NCBI GenBank assembly: GCA_965235115.1
Contig: OZ249436.1
Location: 45,634,001 to 45,698,000 of the forward strand
Source of the DNA: Laetmonice hystrix
Taxonomy: Eukaryota
Direction of reading: 5' to 3'
DNA length: 64,000 nt
The position numbers and the translations under genes were made by a program. This document shows positions 1 through 11,119 of the stretch, piece after piece. Numbering within the stretch: the stretch's first letter is position 1; every line of letters starts with the position of its first letter. The notes beneath the pieces are model-generated. The model was not told where the DNA came from. It was given only the letters and a program-made list of their open reading frames with translations, and did not search any database.

Positions 1-292
1 GACGCGTCATACCCGTGAATTATGGCTCTAATAATTTCACGGTTTTGGGCCTATAACACACGCTGGGAGCAGCCGGCGTGTGCTAAATGTAAAATATGTG
101 CTGAAACCAGGCCGAACTATATTGGAGAGCACCAAAAAATTCACTGTCCTGACCCTTATTTATTTTTTATTACATGTAATTCACTTCTACTAGTTTGCAA
201 TAATAATCACAGACAAAGAATAGATTTTAATTGTATTGACTATATATGTAAAGTTTCTTCAGTAGCCTAAATACATATAGTATTGCCATCAT

Positions 293-684
293 CAGGGGCA
301 GATCCAGGATTTTGCACTTTTGGTAAGGGCAAGCTAGGGGGGGGGGGGCTATATAGCTACTTGGGGGGGGGGGGGCGTTAGGGGAAGAATTTTCGAGGGT
401 TCAGCATGGTCAATTTAGAAAGTTCTATGACGAAAAAAGAAAAATCGGTAGCTGGGGGGGGGGGGGGGTATCTCACCAGTACAGTGGGCCTGTGAAGGTG
501 TTTGAAGCAGTACACTACACACTACGTTTACAGTCAGTGGGCCTGACAGCAAGTGACACTGGCACTGGCACTGCCACTGGGCCTGTCGACAGTGTCAGTG
601 GAGGTGTTTGAAGCAGTGGGCCTGGCAGTCATCTACTGGGTTAAACATCCTACACCCCCACCCCCGGCCCCGGATCTGCCACTG
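293..684. mobile_element. Non-autonomous DNA transposon with CAG...CTG termini
   Basis: Ends caggggcagatcc / ggatctgccactg with internal G-runs. Flanks atcat / accat match at 4 of 5 positions. Confidence 0.55.
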
Positions 685-1310
685 ACCATAGGCCTATATT
701 GAGACTGGGCCAGTCTCAGCAGTCTTCCGATCGTCACACGTACGGCCACGTGGATCATGTTTACAAAAATACTGTCGCACGCCCACGGCCACGCCCACTC
801 CCCAGTCGATCGAGTAGGGCGTGGCATATTCTAGAACACCCCTGCCTTGCATAAGCATGTTAGAGCTACAAGAATGCGTAAAGATCATAGAAACTGTAAG
901 ATGCAATTCACCTGCGTCAACGAGGAAGACTAAAAAGAGAGCACCAACGACTGAGACGAGAAATATTGAGTCCCTCCCCAACACCATCTTGTTCTGCTTC
1001 CTAGTCGAAATAATTAGTTCCCATTCACTCCGCCAGGTATTAATGCTGCATATTACGCTAGAGGGCGCACCGTGGTAGGATTAGTCCATTACGAAAATGA
1101 CATTATATCACAGATCTAAGAAGAGTAGGTCTATGACATGAAGCACCCAAGCAATAAAATAATCCGTTTATATGTATATTCACCATAAACGGTTGCCGTT
1201 TACATTATAAATTATTTCAAACAAAAATCTCATCCTCAGCAGTACCGTCCATCAACTTCTAACCTGCCTACCCTTCGCTCCAGTACGTTCATCGACGTTT
1301 CCCTATTTAT

Positions 1311-1400
1311 GACCAATGAGAGTGAAGGATTTCGCCCACGTGACTGTGAAGCCATAGACACTATAAATTCTGCGTCAAAGCCTTTCTCGGCCTCTTTTCC
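1311..1400 (+). promoter_or_regulatory. Putative MAT core promoter: CCAAT, E-box, TATA box and TCT-like initiator
   Basis: gaCCAATgag at ~1311, CACGTG at ~1338, TATAAA at 1362, and pyrimidine tract CTCTTTTCC at 1392-1400, about 30 nt after TATA and 60 nt before the ATG. Confidence 0.6.
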
Positions 1401-1460
1401 AACCGAATGTTAGACGAGTAACAACTGTGTATATTTGAACCCGTATATTTATTCCATCCA

Positions 1461-4400
1461 ATGACAGACATGGCAAAATTAAACGGGCACATCGGAAAGT
1501 ACTACGGTGACACTATGGAAACATTTCTCTTCACATCGGAGTCAGTCGGCGAGGGCCACCCGGGTAAGTGTTTGTGTTACGTTACCGTGAGATTTGAGTT
1601 TGACGGAACTGACAGTGACAGTCGGTGCACGTTGTGGCTGCCGCCATGTTGTTGTTCGGGTGATGTAAACAAACAGAAGCGTGCTCGATCAACTTGAAGA
1701 CATGAACGTCAGTCGTTTTGCTGTCAGCATTTTAAATCAGGTTGATTTAGATGAGTAGATGCATGACAGCATTTACTCTCGGAATGGGCGTTGTTGTCAT
1801 CACACTCATGTTGTGAGACTTTCTCCAAATCTATTTCTTGATCGAGTTTTGTTGAACGCATACATGACTGTGACATGTCATCACTAACTTAGACATCAGT
1901 CATGTGACTGAACTTCGCCTTCACCTCGGACGACCTACCGACTTTCACCTTGTTAAATAAAAGGTTGTTACCAAGTTTGTTGCGACTCGTACATCGTTAG
2001 CCTGTTGTTGCGTTGCGTCATACAAACTGTACTCACTGGGCCTGGCTTAGCCAAGCCCTCCGCCCCCTACTTGTTACTGGATGAGGCCTACGCTGTAGCC
2101 TGTGTGCTACGTTAACGCACCCTGAATGTCACAACATTCTTGAAATACAATGTACTTTTAAAAATTTGATTTGTAATAATTACATCTAACATAGACTCTA
2201 CTTCAAGTCATCTGGTTTGTAGAAGTAGTAAGACAATATTTTGTGACTCATCTCTTAATTTGAATTTGGCATGCGAAATTGCCATGCAGGGCCCGAAGTG
2301 TTCGGTATCGTATCACTAGATGTAAAACTACCACTTGTGCGATGCATTCCTACCTTTGTGTCGCTAAAAAATGCAAAACACATTAAAATTCCTTCCTCAC
2401 AACCATTCCTCCCCCTGGACCTGTGTTATCTCATTCACTAACTGTTAATTCGAGCCCTGTTTTATCACGATCACTGAGCCAGACATGATAAATTATACAT
2501 GTATTTAAGTACATGTTTTTATATTGGCCTGCTTTGTGCCGTCATGCGCATAATTTATCCCAAGATTTAGTAAGGATGAAGTAGGGTCAAGGCAACAAGC
2601 CAAATGCCATAAATAAAATGTTGGCTCAAACTGTAATTGTAGCTATTAAACTGTCATGATTGGAAGACAGGCCCCAGTTTAGTTCACTCTTGACAACATA
2701 CTAGGAGGAAAAAAAGAATATTCTATCACTTTATTTATTTCAGGAATTCAATAAATTAACACAGTTGTTATTTTGGTGGAATTTATGTATTTCATGATCT
2801 TTGGGAAGAAAATTGCTCCATAGCTTCTGATAATTTTGATTCTCTGCAATTCATGTAAAGTTCAAATGCATATTTGACTTTATGAACATTTAAATATGTG
2901 TATTTTGATTTATTCTTTCAGACAAAATATGCGATCAAATAAGTGACGCTGTCTTGGATGCTCATCTGAAACAGGACCCAAATGCCAAGGTTGCGTGTGG
3001 TAAGTATTGTGTCTAACTACTGAATCATTTGGATTCTGAAGAAGCATTCTGGGTAATAAGTAATAACTTTAGGTGTACCTAGGGGTGAGCCTAAAGTCAT
3101 TATACTTGAAATCTTTTTATGGAAGTGGCACACAGGAAGTGGTTTGTAGATTTGCCTTTTGCTTACAAAGTTCTACAGATTTGCACTCGCTGCTTGTGTG
3201 GCTGTCAGGAGCCTTGGGTAAACAGCATGTGGATTGTTTATTTCAGAAACTGCAGCAAAAACTGGCATGGTAATGCTACTAGGTGAAATAAGTTCCAAGG
3301 CCCACGTCGACTACCAGAAAGTTGTTCGTGACACTATAAAACATATTGGCTATGATGACTCCTCTAAGGGTAAGTGTGATTTCTTTGCTGTTGACATTAC
3401 GTACTAAAACTGTGTACTCTTTTTGAATTAAAACTTAAAGGAAAATAAGTATATAAATTGAATACGGTGTACAGTCAGATAGGTTTAAAGAATATATTTT
3501 TTTACTTAGGTTTCGACTACAAGACCTGCAATGTACTGTCTGCTTTGGAGGAGCAGAGCCCAGACATAGCTCAGGGAGTACATGTAGGCCGCAATGAGGA
3601 AGATATTGGAGCTGGAGACCAGGGCCTCATGTTTGGATACGCCACAGACGAAACAGAAGAGTGTATGCCGCTCACAGTTGTACTGGCCCACAAGCTCAAT
3701 GCCAAGTTGGCTGAACTACGCAGAAATGGAGTCCTTCCATGGGCTCGGCCAGACTCAAAAACACAGGCAAGTACTGACACCTTCCATACTTATAAACAGT
3801 TTTTGAATGTTTAAGAATTGAATCTGAAATTGTCTGGCAAATAATTGTGATAGATCAAGATTGCGTGAATCATCGGGGTGTTGAAATTGTGCAGTGATAA
3901 ATAAATCTCAGTCATTTTCCAAGCGCCAAAGACAACTGCTTTGGCAACTTGAAGTCTTACAGTAATTCAATACATGGGCATTGCTAGTAATTCAACTGGA
4001 AACAAATAATGCGTTGTAGGCATACGACTGCCTCAATGTGCCCAGTCAGCCCTAAACCAGACAGACTTGTCAGAAATAAAGAAGTTCATAGTTTAATCTT
4101 AGAAACTTGTCTTTATTCTCAGGTTACGATAGAGTATCGGATGGAAAAGGGAGCTTGTGTGCCAGTCCGTGTACACACTGTGGTCATTTCACTGCAACAC
4201 TCTGAAGACATCAGTACGGAACAGCTGCGCTTGGATGTCATGGAACACGTTGTCAAGGCTGTCATACCTGCTAAATACTTTGATACTGAGACCATCTTCC
4301 ACATCCAGCCATCTGGGAGGTTCGTCATCGGAGGGCCCCAGGTCAGCAAACAATAACTTTTGTTGGTTGTGTTTTTTTGGCAGGGTTTAGAGATCCCTTA

Positions 4401-5874
4401 GATGATCCAAACCATCCATGTACAAATTGAGCAGCCCATTCAGTTTTTTTAGGTTGATCAAATCAAAACTTGATTTGTTCTGTGTTGCAATGTTTAATTT
4501 ATTGTTTTTGTACCCATCAAAACCCAGAATGTTTTTTAATGGAATATAAATCACTCAATAAATAACGAATTTTCACATGAGACGAGATGAAATTGTAAAT
4601 GTAATATGGTGTAATTGGTATACAGGGTGATGCTGGACTGACGGGTCGTAAGATTATTGTGGACACGTATGGCGGTTGGGGGGCACACGGAGGTGGAGCG
4701 TTTTCAGGCAAAGATTTCTCTAAAGTTGATCGGTCGGCTGCGTATGCTGCTCGCTGGGTGGCCAAATCACTGGTCAAGGCTGGTTTGTGCAGACGTGTTC
4801 TCGTCCAGGTATGAACTGACCCCTTTTATTCTTTTAAATTCAACAAAAAAGGCACCATCTATACTTTAGAATATTATACTGAATTTTTTTTTACCTCTCC
4901 CCATGTAACTGTTATGCAACGTAAGAGGGAAGGAGTGCAGTATGAATTTTCCGTATATATATTTTATGTATAAACTGTAAAACATTATCCTGAAGTTCCT
5001 TTGATAAATACGATACCTGTTAGACTTGTTTACCTTGATGACCATGGATTAGGTTCACTTTAAAAAATAACATCTTTATGATCCTCATCATTTCTTTGAT
5101 AAATGTAACCCACATGTTAAAGGAAATCGTGATATTAAACAGCAAAGATGTTAAAGCAAACTGTGTAATGAACACGGAGGATTGTAAGTTCATACGAGGT
5201 CACCAAATGTTGGAATCCTCTTTATAATGTTGGAATCCTCTTTATATTTCAGTTGTCCTACGCAATTGGTGTAGCCCACCCGCTGTCCATATTCGTCAGT
5301 AGTTACGGTACTGGCGCTAAGACTGACCAGGAGCTGTTAAAGATCGTGAAGGACAACTTTGACCTGCGGCCAGGCTGTATAGTAAGGTAAGTAGGTGAAC
5401 CTGAATCCAGCAAGAGTTGTAAGGTAGCTTTCAATATGCGAGTTTGGCCTTGTCAAGATCACTTGTTGAAGTCGTGCATTTGAATGGTACCAGCGTACCT
5501 TTAGTCCATAGTAGATAACAATGGATATATGAAAGTCCTTGCATGTTAAATTAGTAGTTTAGTAGAGTTCCAATTTAGGGTAGTCTGTGGGTATTTCAAT
5601 CTGGATTAATGGAAGATTAACCTAAATGAGTTGGGAAGGATCTGTTATGTCATTGAAGGATTTATAATTGTGTCAGTTGCTATAGCAGTGAACATTGAGT
5701 GACCTGGTGTTGGTGGCCAAGGTTTCAGCCATTGTCATCACTGACCTGGTGGATATTTGAAATGTTTACAGGGAGCTGGACCTCCGTAAACCCATGTACC
5801 AGAAGACCGCCGTCTATGGGCACTTCGGCAGACCAGACTTCAGTTGGGAACAAGCCAAGAAGTTGGTCTTCTAA
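1461..5874 (+). CDS. MAT: S-adenosylmethionine synthase (methionine adenosyltransferase), 8 coding exons, 399 aa. Exons 1461-1563, 2922-2999, 3247-3369, 3510-3766, 4123-4341, 4626-4808, 5253-5386, 5772-5874
   Basis: Spliced translation gives the family signatures [83 protein letters not shown] and YGHFGR. Exon lengths sum to 1200 nt with consistent phases. All introns are GT-AG except intron 4 (GCAAGT donor at 3767). Confidence 0.97.
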
Positions 5875-7287
5875 GGAGCTCACACTTGACCTGGACTGTC
5901 CTATAGGGGACTAGGAAACTTGCTGCCTACTATGGACGATCTCATCTACAAAATATTGTATAAATGTGGCTTTTTAACTGTTGCATTACATTGAAACTTT
6001 AAACCATGTATAAATGTGAAAAGGTTGTACATTTAGAGAGAGGGAGAGAGAGAGAGAATGTGAGAGAGAAAGCAACTAAAGACTATGTGTAATCCTGAAT
6101 TAAAATAAGAGGACAAGTACTGCGAGTGGCGCCCCCTGATGGTGATTGGTGGTGTCTGATCAGAACGGGAGGTGCCACTCGGGTGGGCCACAGTAGGTAG
6201 GTGGGAATAGTCGACTGTGCACGACGTGGTGTCCTCGGGTCCTGTAACCCCATGCTGTGTCACTCGACTTGGTCCATTTACTCTACTGCAAATGTGTGTG
6301 GCTTCGATCAAGAGTTTTATAGGCACACATATTGTCTTGTGTTTATAGAAATTCATTTGGAAAAGAGCACTCTTTATAAACACTCGGGTCCACCTGTACA
6401 TAATAGGGTTGCCACTATAACCCCTTTTTGTACGACTTTGAAGAAAACTATACAATAATAAATGGTTGTAATATGGTTGTAAATGTACTATCGTAGCCAC
6501 AAACTGACCTTGGTGCTTGCTGGTTGCAAGCATAAAGGACAAAAGTGGGATACGTGTGTGGAAAATATGTTGTGGGAGTGTGTGACATAGCTGTGTACAG
6601 AAGTAACAGCATTTATTCCGACTGTTGGATATCATTGTAGAATTATGTTTTGTGGGCTTTGGTGATTCACGAGAAACTTTAGTGCTCTGTCAACCTAGAA
6701 AAAAAGGGTATCACAAGGTGTCCTAATTAAACGTACGTATTGAAGGTGTTTTAGAAACCAAAGGGGGCAAACGGAAGACAAACATAAGTAGATTTTTATA
6801 TGTAGCGCTCTCCAAGTTTTAAGTTGGTAATATGTATGCATACCTATAAATTATTGCTTAAGACAGGAACAATTATATAAGGATCGGTCTTGTATACCGG
6901 TAAATTAAACTGTGGAAGCATTCCCTTGGTTGGAATATGCCGAGTATTAACTGGGTGAAGCTCAGCCAAGGCAGATTTGATCGGCTGTTCTGTAAACTGA
7001 CCACAAAATGTTCAGTCTCACAGAAAAACTTTAGCAGAGGTTGCTAAGGGGCCAGGGGTTATGTAGTCAGTGTACATAACAGTTGTCAACGCACACTAAC
7101 TCGATGTGTTACTATACTGTGATGACACAGAATACTGTACTTTGAACCAATATTTACTCCTGGTACTAAGGAGTCCAAGCTGGAATATTCTTATCTTTTA
7201 TTATTCTTTTAGTCTCCCAAAGGTTTCATCATTGGAGACTAGATGGCTCTAAATATGTATGTCTTATGGGACTGGAAGATCTATATG

Positions 7288-7293
7288 AATAAA
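7288..7293 (+). promoter_or_regulatory. Candidate polyadenylation signal of MAT (3' UTR of ~1.4 kb)
   Basis: AATAAA at ~7288 ends a repeat-poor stretch downstream of the stop codon. An earlier AATAAA at ~6456 is an alternative. Confidence 0.4.
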
Positions 7294-7537
7294 GGTTAAA
7301 CCAAACTTGGCTCGTTCTAGTTTAACACTCGATTACATAGACAAGATTGGAGTCACCTTGCTGGCCACGACGGACTGTTGTAATGACCCTGTTAGTTACG
7401 GTCACGAACATTAAAATATCGGCTGTATAATGGAGACATTTGGAATTAATTTACCCAGCCATTGTGTTCGACTTAAAGAGTGGGACAACACAGTGAGAGC
7501 GTAAAATCCAATTGGCACCCCTCCCCACCCCACCCCA

Positions 7538-7907
7538 ATACCTGCCAACACTTCAGAATTCTACGGAATCTTGCCGCATTTGAATGAGGTATTCCGCATT
7601 ACTTTCTAAATATTACGGAATCATAAAATTTACAGAATAAGTATAGATTCTCCCCCAAATACATGTTAAATCTCTCGCTCATGGCAGAGTTTCACTGGCA
7701 AAAAGATCGTTTATGGTCCCTGCCATATAACTAGATATCTAGACTAAGTTTAGTAAATCAGAGTTGTGCTTTCTGTCAGTAATAATGGAGAGGAAGAGAG
7801 AGAGAGATGGATAAAAGAAAGGGGGCCCATATAAGTTATTTAGAGAGAATATCAACAGTCAATTTGGGATGATTCCGGATTCCGTCGACCAAATGTTGGC
7901 AGGTATG
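7538..7907. mobile_element. MITE-like element with terminal inverted repeats
   Basis: atacctgccaaca ... tgttggcaggtat inverted pair with internal cggaat/attccg subrepeats. No clear target-site duplication. Confidence 0.55.
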
Positions 7908-8582
7908 AAATACTGTTAATCGTCCCCCCCCTCCCCCCCCCTCTACATGACCGACTCGTATAATTGTATAGTAAGGTGGGGCCTTGAAAGCTGAGTTAAT
8001 CCTCTTGAGTTAGTCCACATGTAATCGGAAATCCTAATTTATTATACTAGTCGTATAATGGCCCATGCCTGAAATCAACTCCGAATAAATCCCATATTCA
8101 GCCTGTGATTCGAAACTTAGTTTTTTTTCCTATCGTCGACGCATCAATTTATGTGCGCTGCCTTGTTTTTGGCTATGCATTTTACGTTTATACTGACCAG
8201 AACTTTATTTTAAGCACTATACGTTGTATTGGAGGCCTATCGATCAGACATGCTTGCTGGCGGGAATGATCATAACTGCCACCTGGTGGGAGACCTGTGC
8301 ATTATTCTAGATCACGCCACCTGGCGTCAAGATGACCCAATTCACCCATCACGCTCCGGAATTTTATTTTATGTGATAAATTCATAGCTCCTCGTCAGGT
8401 GCTTCCCAGAAATGAAAAAAATAAAAATGCCTCCCCCCCTTGACAACACAGAATGCCCCCAGACCCCCCTCTTGCATCGTTTATTTCAGCCAAGCTATAC
8501 GCCCCTGATAGGGGTAGTCCTGCTCGTAGGCCCTATAGGAAGTCTTTGGGTGGAGCACTGGGGACTCTCTGTTGGTCTCCTG

Positions 8583-8699
8583 GGACCTTATTCACAAAGC
8601 AAGACTTACGGACCCGCAAACTATTAGGCCTATTAAACAGTTGGTGGATGATAGTTTTGCGGTCAAGTAAGTCTTGCGTGTCCTTTGTGAATAAGGTCC
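8583..8699. mobile_element. MITE with 3-bp CTG target-site duplication (PIF/Harbinger-like)
   Basis: ctg|ggaccttattcacaaag ... ctttgtgaataaggtcc|ctg. Confidence 0.7.
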
Positions 8700-8740
8700 C
8701 TGGTCAGTAGGCCTATGTGTCCGTAACGGTATAGGCCTAA

Positions 8741-8998
8741 AGGCCGGTTTATAGTCCGTCGACCGACCATCGGCCGACCATCGCTCGACGTCAGGTCAAA
8801 GTTCACCTAGGTTTTAAGGCCGGTTTATAGTCCGTCGGCCGACCATCGGCCGACCATCGGCCGACCATCGCTCGACGTCAGGTCAAAGTTCACATAGGTT
8901 TAACTCTCAGCGATCGGTCGGTCGACGGCCGGATCGCTGGACTATAAACGTTCAGCGATGGTCGGCCGATGGTCGGCCGTCGGACTATAAACCGGCCT
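8741..8998. mobile_element. PIF/Harbinger-type MITE with TAA target-site duplication and a duplicated left end
   Basis: taa|aggccggtttatagtccg ... cggactataaaccggcct|taa. A second copy of the left end starts at 8817. Confidence 0.75.
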
Positions 8999-9347
8999 TA
9001 ATTCCAGATGTAAATCTAGACAAATCTATAGGCCTACCATCGGCCCCCGGCCCTTGCGATAGCTGTGACATTGTAGGCTATTACTAGTATTAGGCATAGA
9101 GGTTTGCAGGTAGGCAGAGAGAGTCTATACAGAAAAGGATTTTGGCGATACAAAGGAAGGGAACCAATGTGTAGCCTAATCGGCTTAAGTTTAGTATGAT
9201 GTAATAAAAGTCTGGAAGTTGTAGAGTGAGGGTTTTAATCTGATCATTTGGTATAGGACAGCCACGTGTTTAGGCGTGTGTAGGTGCCTTCAGAGACCTG
9301 ACGCTTAGAATGGCGGGCGCTCAAAGTGAGCCACTGCAGGACGCAGC

Positions 9348-10186
9348 AAGAACAACATCTCTTGTAACAGAAACCGTCGGTGTCCTGTGACAGAAACCGC
9401 CGGTGTCAAGAACAACCACATCTGTAACAGAAACCGTCGGTGTCAAGAACAACTACATCTGTAACAGAAACCGTCGGTGTCCTGTGGCAGAAACCGTCAG
9501 TGTCAAGAACAACTATACATCTTCTGTAACAGAAACCGTCGGTGTCCTATAACGGAAACCGTCGGTGTCCTGTGACAGAAACCGCCGGTGTCAAGAACAA
9601 CCACATCTCCTGTAACAGAAACCGCCGGTGTCCTGTGACAGAAACCGCCGGTGTCAAAAACAACCACATCTTCTGTAACAGAAACCGTCGGTGTCCTGTA
9701 ACAGAAACCGTCGGTGTCCTGTGACAGAAACCGTCGGTGTCGATACCAACCACATCTCCTGTAACAGAAACCGTCGGTGTCCTGTAACAGAAACCGTCGG
9801 TGTCCTGTAACAGAAACCGTCGGTGTCCTGTAACAGAAACCGCCGGTGTCCTGTGACAGAAACCGTCGGTGTCCTATAACAGAAACCGTCGGTGTCCTGT
9901 GACAGAAACCGTCGGTGTCAAAAACAACCACATCTCCTGTGACAGAAACCGTCGGTGTCCTGTAACAGAAACCGTCGGTGTCCTGTAACAGAAACCGTCG
10001 GTGTCAAGAACAATCACATCTTCTGTAACAGAAACCGTCGGTGTCCGGTGACAGAAACCGTCAGTGTCAAAAACAACCACATCTTCTGTAACAGAAACCG
10101 TCGGTGTCAAAAACAACCACATCTTCTGTAACAGAAACCGTCGGTGTCAAAAACAACCACATCTTCTGTAACAGAAACCGTCGGTG
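9348..10186. repeat. Compound minisatellite of interleaved 23-bp and ~41-bp units
   Basis: Core tgt(a/g)acagaaaccgtcggtgtc is followed either by c (short unit) or by aa(a/g)aacaaccacatct(t/c)c (long unit). Confidence 0.9.
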
Positions 10187-10211
10187 TAGCGGACGTTCTA
10201 AGGTTTCAGCA

Positions 10212-10394
10212 ATGAATGGTAAACGCCCAGGATGCTCGAACGGTACTGGAGGTTCCCCGGACGGAGCAGGGACCGGAGCCGGGGCCGACCAGCCGGCGGG
10301 CCCCAAGCGGCCCCGGCTTGACCAGTCGGACTTACTCGTTATACGGGGTACGTCACTCCTACCAAACACAAAGCAAAACGGCACCAGCTCTCAG
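10212..10394 (+). CDS. Possible upstream coding exon of the NPL-like gene (61 codons), spliced in frame to micro-exon 11102-11122
   Basis: GC-rich ORF MNGKRPGCSNG...GPKRPRL...TSSQ ends at CAG|GTAAAC in phase 0. Acceptor cttacctgtag at 11101 opens CTG ACC GTC ACG GGA ATA ATG|GTAAGT in the same frame. Confidence 0.45.
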
Positions 10395-11119
10395 GTAAAC
10401 ACCTTTACCAAACCTTTAAGGTCGGATGAACGGCGGGGATTGGGGAGTGGGGCTGTAATTCTAGGCCTAATGTTTCTCATGTAGGGAGACCGAGGTAGCC
10501 TAAAGTGGACCATAATTTTGTTTTGGCCCTGTCACCTATAAAATGTTGGAGTAAGGCCAAACCTTTCGTCGTTAGGACCAATATTTTATCGTGTCACAAA
10601 GTTCAAAGCTTTTATGGTAGGAAATTGACATACATGTATTGAAATATTGAAATGGCGGAGTTCGAGAGTGAAATCTAGGACTTAGCTAGGCCTAGACCCC
10701 CCACCCCACGCGTTCCGATAGGCCTATAGTGATCGTAGAGTAGATCTCGTAGGGTGGGGCAAAGCGCCCCCTGGGGCAAAGCGCCCTCTTCCGATAGCGT
10801 TTTGCCCACCCTAGGCCTATAGCCTAGATCTATATCTGTTTCTATAGGCCTAATGTCCCAGGCCTACATATCGGCCTTGTGTCCGGCCAATGATGCAAGG
10901 TGTAATCTCAGATGGGATGGTAGTCAGTGGGATGACGTTGATTATCTATCCATCACATGACGCGTCTTGTTTTGTGGGACTGTATAATCTTATCTCCGGG
11001 TGGATAGACCTAGGCCTACTAGTCCTACCGTCTGGGGGTCGCTGACAGGGTCGTGGGTCTAGGCCTACATAGATACAAAACTTATACCTTCTTACCTGTA
11101 GCTGACCGTCACGGGAATA

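Noticed and set aside
1640..1920. Possible C/D snoRNA or structured RNA in MAT intron 1
   Set aside because: Only an imperfect C-box and a short catgactg/cagtcatg inverted repeat, which is not enough to call.
5875..7300. Vertebrate-type MAT2A 3' UTR hairpins with UACAGARAA
   Set aside because: No exact nonamer seen. The nearest are UACAGAAGU in a short stem at ~6590-6610 and CACAGAAAA at ~7019. An exact TACAGAAAA at ~9128 lies outside the likely transcript.
9348..10186. CRISPR-like appearance of repeated cores with variable intervals
   Set aside because: The intervals are themselves repeated rather than unique spacers, the context is eukaryotic, and there are no cas genes. The same applies to the other arrays.
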